Source: Podarcis liolepis (Eukaryota). Taken from it: DNA of 64,000 nt. The stretch lies in NCBI GenBank assembly GCA_965112155.1, contig OZ218105.1. One strand, given 5' to 3'. Made by a program: the position numbers and the translations under genes. Under the pieces are notes generated by a model, which saw only the letters and a list, made by a program, of their open reading frames with translations, had not been told where the DNA came from and searched no databases. Shown here one piece after another: positions 38,544 to 51,702 of the stretch. Positions within the stretch are counted from its first letter, which is position 1. The number at the start of each line of letters is the position of its first letter.

Positions 38544-39524
38544 AGCTGTAAGAGCACTCAGACATTGTTGATAAGCACAGAACGGTACTTCTCAAACTCT
38601 TTCCGCCCCCTGCACCAAGACTGATCACTACCAAATAGCTGAGTATCTTGGTGGACAACCTAATGATTGTTTAGCTTGTTGTAGCAACTGTAATGAGCTG
38701 TTGCTAGACTGTATTTGTATAGTGTTGTATTTTTACTGCTTTTTTATTTCCTATATTGTATTGTATTGTATTAGCATCTGAATTCCATAGACTACAATAT
38801 AAAATACTGTAATAAAAGTAAAAGTAAAATAAGCAATAAAAGTACAATGGGAAGCAAATGTGCTAAACCCACCACTCATAGGAGCTGGTCTCCACGGATG
38901 GCCTGAATAAAGCTTGCAGACCACTGGTGGTCTACAGGCCACAGTTTGGAAACCCCTAGCATAGAATATTCTTTGATATTTAATGCCTGTTACGTTTACA
39001 TTTTATAAACAGTAAATAATTATACTCATACATACACACAAACACATTTCTTCCCCATAAAACTCAGTGAGCTGTTTAGAATATGAAGGGAACAACATTG
39101 GCATGACTATATCCTCATAGCAAAAAGGTGTGCAGGGAGGCCAAGGAAAAAGAAATGAAAGATGGATACTGATCTTTAAGGTCCTTCTTCATCTGATAAT
39201 GTTTAGGATGCCCAGGGGAAACCACAAAGATGCCCAGCCCTCATCTAGACCTATCATCAGAAAGTTCACAGTTCCATTCACAGAGATTCAGGAACTGAGA
39301 TTCCATTAGTAAAATGTCTCCAGCATCCCTTTGTCGAAGTGACCCTGGCAAGGCTCTCTCATTACTTCGTTTAAGATGGCTTTTAACCTTCTCTCTCAAG
39401 CCATGCTGCTTTGCTATGAATCTCTGGTTGAGTTCTAGAAGTGCCTGTTGCTGATGATGCAATGACAAGGAGAAATAGAGCAGCTGGTCCCTGCTAGTGA
39501 GCCCACCACCACTGGGGCCAGGTA

Positions 39525-39526
<2 letters not shown>

Positions 39527-39566
<40 letters not shown>
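39527..39566. repeat. (CA)n microsatellite
   Basis: Direct reading, ~20 units. Confidence 0.95.
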
Positions 39567-39567
<1 letters not shown>

Positions 39568-39683
39568 AATTGGCTCTGGAGAAAAGGCTTTTTATTTCCC
39601 ACCACACCTAGTCTGAATTGCAATGGTGGAAGGCCTTGATGAATGGGACTGGTGTTAATTACATTTGGCTATCTAACTAAAAA

Positions 39684-40032
39684 GGACACGGGTGGCGCTG
39701 TGGGTTAAACCACAGAGCCTAGAGCTTGCTGATCAGAAGGTCGGCAGTTCGAATCCCCGCAACGAGGTGAGCTCCCGTTGCTCGGTCCCTGCTTCTGCCA
39801 ACCTAGCAGTTCGAAAGCACGTCAAAGTGCAAGTAGATAAATAGGTACCGCTCTGGCGGGAAGGTAAACGGTGTTTCCATGCGCTGCTCTGGTTCGCCAG
39901 AAGCAGCTTAGTCATGCTGGCCACATGACCCGGAAGCTGTACACCGGCTCCCTCGGCCAATAAAGCGAGATGAGCACCGCAACCCCAGAGTCGTCCGCGA
40001 CTGGACCTAATGGTCAGGGGTCCCTTTACCTT
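39684..40032 (+). mobile_element. Sauria SINE, full length
   Basis: Typical body ending ccctttaccttt. TSD tatctaactaaaaa at ~39670 and ~40033. Confidence 0.92.
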
Positions 40033-41632
40033 TATCTAACTAAAAAGGGAGTGGCTTGCTAATAATGATGGGAGAGGAAGTAAAGAGATGTAACTTGGTG
40101 AACACCCTGAGCCACCATTTGGGTTATTTAGATGAGTAAGGGGCCTTCTTCTGACAAGCCTTTCAGGGGTCCTGGGCTTGAAAAGTCAGAATCCTCTGCT
40201 CAGTTACACAAAGCTAGTTGAGCTCAGAGAAGGTGACTCTGATCTGGTCTGCCTTGGCAAGTCTTTGGCTCTGTGGGCAGGGAGGAGCAGGATGGGGTCT
40301 TCCTGACTAGTGTCTCCACCATCTCACCCAAGTGTTGTTTTTTTTTAAAAAAAAAATACCTGCCCTGGGCAACTACCATGAAAAGGAATGTATCTCACTG
40401 CAGTCTTACAAAATAATACAGCTCCAGCCCTTATTTAACCCTAAAATCTTGAGTCCTCTTTCCTTATTCTTGGGTTGATGTACTGTATAACTCTGCAATA
40501 CTCACTTTCCATAAATATGTATCTGCACTTTCAGTTGCCCTGCAGACTTCGGAGCTGAATAAAGCATCTAATATTTTGTAATGCTGCCCCTAATATCTGC
40601 AGTTCCCAGCGCCTATACCTAACCCTATGACAGTAGACTTCTTCCCCCGAAAAGGCCCTAAGCACCTGGCTGCCCCACTTCCTGCCTGCCTCAGTCTCAA
40701 CTCCCTCTCCACATCCTGCATCATCTGTCAGCCTTGATCACCATTCTCCCAAACCGAAATAAAAGCATACAAAGAAAGCGTCAGGAAGTCAAGTGAGTGG
40801 CAGCACCTGAGTGCCCACACCCCCCATATTGTTGTCAGCTTTAGTACTGCCCCACACCTGCTGAAGGAGAGTATTGGAGCTGAAAGACAAATGCTAAGTA
40901 TTGGTACACGCAGGCTAAGGTGTAAGAAGCACAAAATTTGAGACTCTACATCGTCTTTACATGGCTTTTGGGAACATGAGTGAACTTACAGGTTGCAACT
41001 GTGACCTGCAGCTGTTTACAAATAACATGCTATGCGCTGAATGGTGTGAGGGGTTGGATTTTGAGTGAAGAAATATACTGTTAGCTAGAGCAAGAAAGAC
41101 CAACTGTGAGACAGATTAATTAATTAAATATGTTTCAACAAAGTTCCAGAAAAGTTGTCAAACAGAGATCAATATCAGGTGGTATATTTTCCCTGTATGA
41201 TTCCTGCATTTGCTCTGTTAGAATTCATATATTTTCAGCGTTTGTTTAAACATGAAAGCTATTCAGCCTGTTCCATATCTTTAAAATATTCCACATTTAC
41301 ACATTAAGCTCTTGTTCTCAGATGTGATGAAGATCACTGAAAATGTTAGATACAACACACTGTTGTCTTGCTTTCTGTTACACCTCTTCTGCATATACCA
41401 TATCAGATTTGGGGGATAAAACATATGATTAGTAATAGAGACAAGCAATTTAAACACACACAAACAAATCACCCTGTTTAATTATTTGAATCAGTACTTG
41501 CAATCTTAACTCAAAACCTCAACTAAAACTCTGAACACATCCTAACCATACATTTAAAGCACAAGGCTTCCTCCAAATAATAATAGGAACTGCAGTTTAT
41601 CTCTCATAAAGCTTTAGATGTGCTATAAATAT

Positions 41633-42251
41633 CTTTATGTGTGCTACAACAGCAGCAAGAATACTTATTGCAAAGTACTGGAAGACACAAGATTTACCCA
41701 CTCTGGAAGAATGGCAGATGAAGGTGATGGACTACATGGAATTGGCAGAAATGACTGGCAAAATCCGAGACCAGGGAGAAGAAATGGTGGAGGAAGATTG
41801 GAAGAAATTTAAAGACTATCTGCAGAAATACTGTAAAATTAATGAATGTTAAAATGATGTTGGACTGAAAAGAAGTGGTTTTGGTAATAAGGTTAATAAG
41901 AATAGGTAAATATAGATAGTTATATGGATGAAAATGTATAGTTATAATAGGTTAAGTATAGAGCAAAGTTAAATGAAAGAGGGTAAGGATTTGCAGAAAA
42001 GACTTGGAAAACGGGAATACAAAAGGGGAGGTGTGAGGAGGTCAAGGAAATAAGTAAATGAGATCAAAGATGCTGAAAAATGGATTTATTCTTTTTTAAA
42101 ATATCTTTTTTTTCTTTTTTCCCCTAGTTCTTTTTTTCCTTCTTTCTAGGTTGCCTTTTTGTCAACTTTCTTGTTAGCTTGTGTTTGTTAGTTTTTGTTT
42201 GTTTTTTCTTTATGTGTAATTTTTTGTATAATCTCAATAAATATTCTTTAA
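41633..42251 (+). mobile_element. 5'-truncated L1-clade LINE (ORF2 C-terminus and 3' UTR)
   Basis: Translates TTAARILIAKYWKTQDLPTLEEWQMKVMDYMELAEMT...WKKFKDYL. AATAAA at ~42236. 18-bp TSD tagatgtgctataaatat at 41615 and 42377. Confidence 0.8.
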
Positions 42252-42363
42252 AGGCTTGACAACCATATGTCAGGAGTGCTCTGATGGTGTTTCCTGCTTG
42301 GCAGGGGGTTGGACTCGATGGCCCTTGTGGTCTCTTCCAACTCTAGGATTCTATGATTCTATG
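42252..42363 (+). mobile_element. CR1 3' end located between the L1 3' UTR and the poly(A) tract
   Basis: Near-identical reverse complement of the CR1 3' end at 19450-19555. Ends attctatgattctatg. Confidence 0.9.
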
Positions 42364-43340
42364 AAAAAAAAAATAATAGATGTGCTATAAATATATGGCG
42401 CGGATGTGGCCTCCATTTCAGCCTGCACTTTTAAGGAATCTGGGTGAGTATAAACTGAAAAGGAAGATATGTGCTGTTGGGAGAAGAGAAGAGAAACCTG
42501 GACCAAGAGTAGACAGAGGCAGTGGGAGAGGGGAGCCAGAGAGGTGATGTGAGAAGGATAAAGGAAGGTGGCCTCATCTAAAACACCTCCATAATGCAAA
42601 GCATTCAGGGAAGGGATATCCGGTGGGCAGAGAAGCAATAGCTTGTTGTGGAGTCAAGTCACCCCATTATCTCTACATTGGGTTACTTTAAAATGTTGCA
42701 GGATCTGAACATGTTGCCAGCGGGGATTTGGGAATCACTCAATATTTGACCAGCTTCCATACATTTATACTTTTGTGCTTATGGTTCCTATCCTCCACCA
42801 TCACCCTTGCAGGTTGTTACATTTTTATTCCTTTTTCCCTCCCGAAAGGTCATAACACAAAATCCTACCACTGGTTTATCTACGCCCGTAATGTCTGATT
42901 AGAAGTCGCTCTCCAAGTTTTCAATGCCTTGATGGACTAAGACTGAGATACAATAGATTTCAGAGGCCACCCAGTGAGTTAATGGCTCAACAGGGATTTG
43001 AAACAAGGTCTCTGAGTGCAACACCCCTAATAAGGGCACAAGGATGCCTGAAAGGAAAGAGAAGGATCCTGAAACAGGTGCAATGGGACAGTTAAGACCT
43101 GGATCAGTGGAATAACTACAGGCAAAGAACCATCACTGATCCACAATGGATGTGTGAGGGTAACTGCAATCAAAACCCCACTCAGCCCTAACCAGCTCTC
43201 ACATATAGTCGTCTCACTTTACCAAATAGTACAGCCAGGTTGTTCAGGTGTTTCACAGAATATCATTGCAGAAATCATATTTGAATCTTTCCCTCCCCAC
43301 CCCTCTATATTCAGCAAAAGGTTCTTTAAAATTATCTCAC

Positions 43341-45761
43341 CTGTTCCACTGGCTTCCTGCTCTCCAAAGCATTGGGAATATCTTGGGAAGCAGACGGAGG
43401 GGTCTGATTCACATTGAGGTTTGGGTCCCCCACAGAAAAAACAGGAATGAGGGGCCTGAGGAACCTGAACTCGCTGCTCAAGGACCCACCGGTTAAGCAA
43501 ACATCGTAGTGGTAACTCCTGGAAAGAGACCCGCTCTGAGAATCGCCACCGTTCTCTGGGATGTCGGGTCTGGCAGGTGGGAAGTGAGGAGGGGCAGCGA
43601 TAAAACTTTCCCTGGGATCCCTCCTGCAGATCTTGATGGCAGCAAAGGAAACAATGCAAACGAGGAACACAAAGGAGACTGCAGCCAGGCAGATCACCAA
43701 GTACAAGGTCAAGGTCCCATCTTCTTCGTGCTCCTCTTTCCTGACCTCCACAGCCTTCATATAAGGATCCGAAAAGCCACCCACGGGAAGGACATGGAGC
43801 ATGGCAGTGCTGCTCTGGGGAGGGAGCCCGTTGTCCCTGACCACTATCAGGAGTCTCTGCTTGCTGGTGTCTCGCTCGCTCAGGGCTCTCCTGGTTCTCA
43901 CTTCCCCATTCTGGGCTCCTATGCTGAAAAGACCAGGGTCTGTGGCCTTCAGCAGCTCATAGGAAAGCCACGAGTTCTGGCCAGAATCTCCATCCACAGC
44001 CACCACCTTGGTGACCAGGTAGCCGGCCTCCACCGACTTGGGCACCAGCTCATTGCAGGGGGATGTGCTGTTCTGAAGAGGGTAGAGGAAGAAGGGAGCG
44101 TTGTCGTTTTCGTCTATGATTACGACTCGGACAGTAACTTCTGAGCTGAGGGGAGGAGACCCTCCATCTGTAGCCCTCACCGTCACTTTGAAATCTTTGA
44201 TCTGCTCATAATCCAGAGATCGGAGGGCATACAGATTTCCGCTTTCAGAGTTGACTGAGATGTAAGAGGCCACAAGGCCATCAGTGACCTTCCCAGGCAA
44301 AAGGGAGTAGGTGACCTTGGCATTCTTCTCAGTGTCCAGATCAGCAGCATGGACTGAGCCAATGAGCAGTCCTGGAATATTGTTTTCCCGTATATGCATT
44401 TCAAATGAAGACTTTTCAAATACTGGAGGGTTGTCATTGATATCTGAAATCTGAACATTAATAACTCTTGTTGAAGTGAGCCTGGGGGAGCCTTGGTCTA
44501 CGGCTGTGATGGTGACATTATACTCTGAGACCTTCTCTCTGTCCAAGGGACTTTGGACCACAAGCTGGTAATAGTTATTCATAGTGGATTTTAACATAAA
44601 AGGAAGGTTTGCCTCCACAGAGCACATGGTTCTGCCATTGTCTCCGGAGTCTCGGTCTGTGACAGTGAAGAGAGCCACAAGTGTCTCCAGGGGAGAATCC
44701 TCTGCCAGAGGACTAGTGATGGATATGATGGACACTTCAGGGACATTGTCATTCACATCCTCAATCTCTACCAGGACCTTGCAGTGACCTGAAAGACCCC
44801 CTCCATCTGTTGCTCTAATGTTCATGTCATACCTGGTTTCTTTTTCATAATCAAGCTGACCAGAAAGAGTGATTTCCCCCGTGATTTCATTTAAATAAAA
44901 GAAACTGTATATTTTTTCTGGTGCCTGGTGGAATGAGTACGTGATCTGTGCATTCGAACCAAAATCCAAATCTGTAGCTTCCACTTTGAAGACCAGAGTG
45001 CCCTGTGGGCTGTTTTCTTTTAACCTAGCTTTGTATTCAGGCTGGGTAAACAGAGGAAAGTTGTCATTATTGTCAAGAACATCAATATTTATTTTAACTG
45101 TGCCTGTTCTCTGTGGGACCCCTCCATCTGCAGCCATGAGGGTCAATCCAAAGTGTGAGTCCTTCTCCCTGTCCAATGGCTTCTCCAGAACAAGATGCAC
45201 ATATTTTCTTCCATCCTTGTTGCTTTCCACATATAGTCGGAAATGCTCATTGGGACTGAGTGTGTAGTTTTGGATACCGTTTTCTCCTAAGTCCTCATCT
45301 TGGGCAGATTCCAAGAGAAACTGTGTGTTTGTAGGAACCATCTCTGGAATTTCCAGATCAAATTTATCTTTAGAGAATTTGGGAGTATTGTCATTCACAT
45401 CTTCTATCTTCATTTCTATACTGTAGATATTTAAGGGGTTTTGAAGCACAATTTCAGAGAGCAGCATGCAAGGATCAGTCTGGCCACATAAAGCTTCTCT
45501 GTCTATTTTATCATTTATCAGCAAATTCCCAGAGTGAGTATCAAGGTGGAAATATTGCTTTGTGCTTTTGGACACTAGCTGGGCTCTGCGAGCAGAGAGC
45601 TCCCCTTTTCCCAGTTTCAAATCCTCCAGCACATTAGCCACCAAAAACCCCTTTTTCTTTTCTTCAGGTACAGAATAGCGAAATGAAATGCAGACTGTTT
45701 TCAACACAAAGAGAAAAAGCAAAAGATACAGACCTTTCATCTTTCTGAAGCTATCGTTCAT
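43341..45761 (-). CDS. PCDHB: Protocadherin beta-type exon, subfamily B
   Basis: ATG at 45761 (MNDSFRKMKG). Beta signatures. Donor CAG|GTGAGA at 43341. Read-through stop at 43332. Confidence 0.95.
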
Positions 45762-45991
45762 GGTTTCCACCTCTTCCAGAGTGTTAAAGCACTGACCAAA
45801 GCTTCTTTCATCCTCTGATCATCTTTGCAGTTTGATGAATAATCTTTGTGTTGCAATTTTTATTATTTTTCATTCTCCTGAGCCTCATATCTTCACACCA
45901 GCATCTACCTCCCGTATCATTGCTATACTGCCTCTTCAAGGTTTCAATAAACGCAACAATACAATATTCTCAGTGTCCATGAAAATGTTGG

Positions 45992-46014
45992 CCAATTCTG
46001 CCACCTTGTGGTTA
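45992..46014 (-). promoter_or_regulatory. Beta promoter CSE / CTCF motif
   Basis: Minus strand CCACAAGGTGGCAGaattgg, a near-consensus CTCF core. Confidence 0.82.
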
Positions 46015-46319
46015 AATAAAAATAAAACTAATATTGCACTTATACAAGAGATACACTTGTGTGGAAATCTCCATTTTATTCCTAATAATCTGTTATGTGG
46101 TTTAATCGTCAGCAGCTAATATATACATAGGATTATTAAGAATTTCCAAAATCAATGGATGAATGAAAAAAAAAAGAGAGAGAGAACAACATTCCCCCCA
46201 TTTACAATTCATTGTGCTCATGCTTAAATGTCTCTGTAATAACTAGATTATAGTACAGAAAGGGAACTAATCATAAACATACCTTGCAATGTTAAAAATA
46301 AAGAAAAGTATATTCTCAC

Positions 46320-48743
46320 CTGAACCCCATGTTGACTTTCACCTGCATGACTGGGGACACCTTCAGAATCATTGGAACTCCTTGGATTCAGCTGAGTGTT
46401 AGGAGGCTCCACAGAGAAAACAGGAAACAGGGGCCTGAGAAACCTGAACTCGCTGTTCAGAGACCCACCAGCTAAGCACACCTCATAGTTGTAAGCCTGG
46501 GATAGAGATCCAGCACCAGAATCCGCAGAGTTCTCCTGGGAATCAGGTCCCACCGGGAAATTGGCTGCAGAGTTGTAGGTTCCTATGAACTTTTCACGTT
46601 TCTGCAACTTGATTACAACAAACGCCACCACAGAAATGAGAAAGATGCTTGAGATGGCAGCCAAGCAGATGATCAAATACATCGTCAGGCTGGGGTCTTC
46701 CTCCTCCGCTGTTTCCTCCTTTGGGAGAGCCACACTTTTCAGATAAGGGTCAGAGAAGCCGTCCACTAGGAGGATTCTGAGTGTGGCAGAGGTGGACTGG
46801 GGAGGATGGCCGTTGTCTCGGACCACCACAATCAGATTCTGCTTGAAGCTGTCTCGGTTGCTGACCGGCCTCAGGGTGGTCACTTCTCCATTCTGGGCCC
46901 CCACCGTGAACAGACCCGGCTCTGTGGCCTTCAGCAGCTGGTAGGAAAGCCAAGAGTTCTGCGCAGAATCCCTGTCCACAGCCACCACCTTGGTGACCAG
47001 GTAGCCAGTCTCTGCCCCTCGGGGAACCAGGTCATTCGAGGGGGAAGTGCCATTCTGGAGAGGGTAGAGGATGAAGGGGGCATTGTCATTTTCATCCACG
47101 ACCTGAACGCGGATGGGAACTTCTGAGCTCAGTGGAGGGGAACCTGAATCCACAGCCCTCACCGTCACCTGGAAATCTTGTACTTCCTCATAATCCAGAG
47201 ACCGGATGGCATACAGGTTCCCCGTTTCAGAGTTGATGGAGATGTAAGAGGATGTGGGGCCATCATTGACCTTCCCAGGCAAAAGCGAGTAGGTCACTTT
47301 GGCATTCTGCGCTGTGTCCAGATCAACAGCATGGACCGAACTGATCAGAAGACCAGGAATATTGTTTTCTCTTAACTGCATTTCATAGACTGGCTTTTCA
47401 AACACTGGAGGGTTGTCATTGACATCTGAGATTTGCACATGAAGTATTCTTGTGGAAGTGAGTCTGGGAGAGCCTTTGTCAGTGGCTGTGATGGTGATGT
47501 TATATTCACTGACTTTTTCTCTGTCCAGTGGTTGTTGGGTCACCAGCTGGTAATAGTTGTTCTCCGTGGGTTTGAGCACAAATGGCAGGTTGACTTCAGT
47601 GGTGCAGGCAGTTCTGCCACTGTCCCCAGAGTCCACATCTGTGACACTGAAAAGGGCCACCACTGTCTCTGGGGGAGAGTCCTCAGGTAAGGGACTGGTG
47701 ATGGAAGTGATTGATATCTCTGGGGCATTGTCGTTCTCATCTTCAATGTCTACAATTACTTTGCAGTAAGCTGAAAGCCCCCCTCCATCTGTGGCTTTGA
47801 TGTGCATCTCATAGCTGGTGATTTCTTCATAGTCAGTCATCCCTACAATAGTAAGTTCCCCAGTGTGTTTGTTTAACTTGAATGATCTCAACACATCTTC
47901 TGGAACTTCACTGAAGGAATAAGTGATGTGAGCATTGGTACCAGAATCCCTGTCAGTGGCTTCCACTTTTGCGACCAATGTATCCAATGGGCTGTTTTCC
48001 ATTAGTTTCACTTTGTACTCAGATTGTGGAAACTGAGGTACATTATCATTAGCATCCAGAATATCGATGAGAAGCTGTGCTGTTCCAGTTCTTTTTGGGA
48101 TCCCCCCATCGATAGCTGACAGAGTAAGATAAATGTGTGGATTCACTTCACGGTCTAGCGGTTTCTCTAACACCAGTTCTGCGTATTTGCTACCATCACT
48201 GTGACTTTTCACATCCAGCCTAAAATGTTCATTAGGACTAAGGGTGTAGTTCTGAACAGCATTTTTTCCTTTGTCTGAGTCTTGAGCTTTCTCCAAAGGA
48301 AATCTGATATCCACAGGAGTCTGCTCAGGTATTTCAAGAAGGAATTGATTTTTAGAGAATTTGGGGGAATTATCATTCACGTCCTCTATCTGAACTTCAA
48401 TTCTGTGTAGCTGCAATGGCTTTTCCAGCACAATTTCAGACAGTAGAACACAAGGTTCATTCTGACCACACAGGGACTCCCGATCTATTTTATCCTTTAC
48501 TGTCACATCCCCAGAATGAGGATCCAGCTGGAAATACTGCTTGGAGCTCTTAGAAACCAGTCGGACTCTCCGAGCAGACAGCTCCTTTGCATCCACTCTC
48601 AAATCTTTTAGCACATTCGCTACCAGAGACCCACTTTTCTTTTCCTCTGGCACTGAATAGCGGAAGGACTCACACATGGCTATGCATGCACAGAGACACA
48701 GGGAAAAAGACCAAACTTGCCTGATCTTGAGATGCAATTCCAT
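46320..48743 (-). CDS. PCDHB: Protocadherin beta-type exon, subfamily A
   Basis: ATG at 48743 (MELHLKIRQV; an in-frame upstream ATG exists at 48776). Donor CAG|GTGAGA at 46320. Read-through stop at 46248. Confidence 0.95.
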
Positions 48744-48981
48744 TCTCCCAGCCTCTCCTCCTGAAATGCAAGGCATTGTCCTCTTCTCTATTCCAAGGCG
48801 TGTCTCTTCTTAACTGTATTTATCTTCTGAAAGTGACACTGTGTCCTGCTTATTCCCACTGAAATTTCTGAAGACTGGCTTGCAATAGGGATCTGCTGTT
48901 TTTCCTGTGCTGATTCCTTTGTCTAATGGCTACAGCTCTTGAGGAGAGCAACTGCTGCTCCCCAATTTCCTTCTTTTATCT

Positions 48982-49008
48982 TGTGCAATACCACCACCTT
49001 GTGTTTGA
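48982..49008 (-). promoter_or_regulatory. Beta promoter CSE / CTCF-like motif
   Basis: Minus strand ttcaaACACAAGGTGGTGGTAttgcaca. Confidence 0.72.
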
Positions 49009-50609
49009 ACTATGTTATGGCGTTACGAAAACCAAAATATTTTCCAGAATAAGAGCTGGTAAACATGAGCATCCGTGTGGAGATGCAAGAGAACAGCCAC
49101 CCCAATGGAACATAAACCCCATATTCCCAGCTTGCTTGCTTTTTAGAACTTATAGAACCTGAGATAGGAAGCAATATGTACAGACCCCGTTTTTGTGAGA
49201 TGTTACCTATTTCCTCCTTTAAGTGTTTTCCTTACCCCTGCCCACTTGAAAAAATCCTGTGCACAACCAACTGATAAAGATTACAATATTTCAGAATGCA
49301 TATCCCCTTCACCTGTGTTATATACCAGGGGTTGTGCTCCTTGCTCATTCTGCTTGCCAATGCCCTTACATTTCCCCAACATTAACCCCCAAGAGCTTCC
49401 CCTTCTCAATGCAACTATTAAGCTTGCCTTTCACCTTCCAACTCCATTTCTGGGGTCACTCCTCTTCTGCAGTCCCAATTTGTAGCCAACTTTGTACTCC
49501 ACTTTTTACCTTCTCCCCATATCCATGCCTCCCCCCTACTTTTGTGCAACACCCCCTTCACACAAACCACTCCCTTGCTAACTTGCTACATCTTCTTCCA
49601 GCTATTGTGCATCTCTTTCACCTTCTCTCCAATCATGAAACCACCAACACAGGGGACAAGACAGAATCTAACAGCCAAAAGCTAACACAACAGAGCCTTC
49701 CCAACTCCCTTCTCACTGTAGTCAAACCCTGGTTTAAACCACCACTTCACCCACCTTCAGGGTCATGCCTGCTCAGGCTACTGAAACCTCTGCCATTGTT
49801 TAAAATCACCACTCCCCCCCTCTCAGTTTTCCCCCATTCCTGCTTTATTCAAATGTCTGCTGTTGCATAAAACCACGATTTTTCAGCGTCCCTCAATCCA
49901 TGCTTTACTCAAACCGTTCTGTTGATTAAAACTGCCCCTGCTCCTCTTTCAGTTTTTATTCCTTCTTGTTCCTGTGTCCTTGGCCATTGCTCTTGTGCAA
50001 CCTGCCTTCTTGCACCCAAAACTGAGGGGGACCACTGCATCATGTGTGTGTGTGACATCATGCACATGACACATGAAGCACATGTAATATCATGCAACGG
50101 GTGCACATTGTTCGTGTGTGACGTCATATGTGCAGCTCGTGCACAACATTACATCATGAGGAGGAGTTGAAGCATGGAACCCAGTGTGGTGCAGCTTCAA
50201 TAGCTGGCAGCTCCACCTCTCCCACACTCAGGAGGAATTTACGCCATGCTCGGCTCCACACTCAACTTCCTCTGCCGCCTAAACATTGAGGGGGTCTAGC
50301 CCCCTGTCAACAGATTTTGAGGGACAGAAGACACCTCGGCCCTATAGAGTTGGCATGCCTGCTCGCTGCTGATCAGAAAAACCTTAAAATGGGAACCATA
50401 TGTGGGTTGTAGGATTTATATGCAGCTAAGTCATACTTGGAGTACACTCATTTAAATCAATGATTCCCACAGGTCTACTCTGAGTATGAAGTAGTTGAAT
50501 ACAAGCATTGGAACTTCAATCCTGCTCTCAGAATTATTATGTTTACATTTTTTCAGGCTGCTGCAACCTTCCCAATGTGTAGTCTCCACCCCATTTATAC
50601 ATCATATCT

Positions 50610-51095
50610 TGGAAACTACAACTAATCCAGGATGTGGCAGCTAGACTGGTGACTGGGGGTGGCTGCCGGAATCATATAACTCTTGTCCTAAAGGATCTTC
50701 ACTGGCTCCCAGTGTGTTTCTGAGCACAAATCAAAGTGTTGGTGCTGACCTTTAAGGCCTTAAATAACCTTGGCCCAGTATACTTGAAGGAGCGTCTCCT
50801 CCCCCATTGCTCAGCCCAGACACAGAGGTCCTCCTGAGGGTCTTCTGCTGGTTCCCTCACTGCAAGAACTGAAGTTACAGGGAACCAGGCAGAGGGCCTT
50901 CTTGGCAGTGGCACCCTGCCTGTGTAATGCCCTCCCTTCAGATGTCAAGGAGATAAAGAACTACACAACTTTTAGAAGACATCTGAAAGCAGCCCTGTTT
51001 TGGGAGGTTTTTAATGTTTGATGTTCTATTATGTCTTAAAATATTCTGTAAGCAGCCCAGAGTGGCTTGGGAAACCCAGACGGATGGACGGGGCA
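50610..51095 (+). mobile_element. L2 LINE 3' fragment
   Basis: Translates KLQLIQDVAARLVTG...LKDLHWLPV...IKVLVLTFKALNNLGPVYLKERL. The 3' end cccagagtggcttgggaaacccagacggatggacgggg matches the L2 tail at 3272. Confidence 0.85.
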
Positions 51096-51702
51096 TCCTA
51101 ACCCTAACCCTTAACATATTAGCAGTTCAAATGGCAAAACAGAACACAATGAGAGTCCAGATTTAGTTTGTTTGAAATGAAAACTGTTTTAAAAGTCTGG
51201 GTCAATAAAAAAGCTCTGAATCCAGCACCAAAAAGGCAATGAAGATAGTTCTGGGAGGGTCTCCCTTGGGAGGCCACTCCGCAAATGGGGTGCAACTACC
51301 AAGAGTCCCTATAAACAATTTATATAACCGGGAAGTCCGTCTCATAAAGGGCCCCTGTGTGCATGTAACTGGGTTTTAAGCTGTCATAGGCACATTAGGG
51401 TACATTCTAGTACCCACAGCTGTATATGCAGCAACTGTGATTAGTACATAGCATTTCGAGCTAAGTTTAATACAGAGAAGACTCAACAATAAGGGAACAA
51501 AGGAACAGAAGAATAGGATGTAGAGTAAGAAGGAAACAATTCTGACATGGATTTGAAATAAAATTAAAAACTGAAGCCCTATCTCTCTAGTCACTGTATA
51601 TTTTATCAACAAAGAGCAATGGAAGAAGAACATCTGATGTTATTAATAACCAAGCAAAAGGCATTATTAATCACAAGTTAACTCACTGGCATAATCCCTC
51701 AC

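Noticed and set aside
49259-49870. 203-aa Leu/Pro/His-rich ORF
   Set aside because: Product of C/T-rich, G-poor sequence with no recognisable domain.
51096-51113. Telomere-like CCTAAC repeats (also 17544-17556)
   Set aside because: Only 2-3 units, adjacent to transposon ends. Not an interstitial telomere array.
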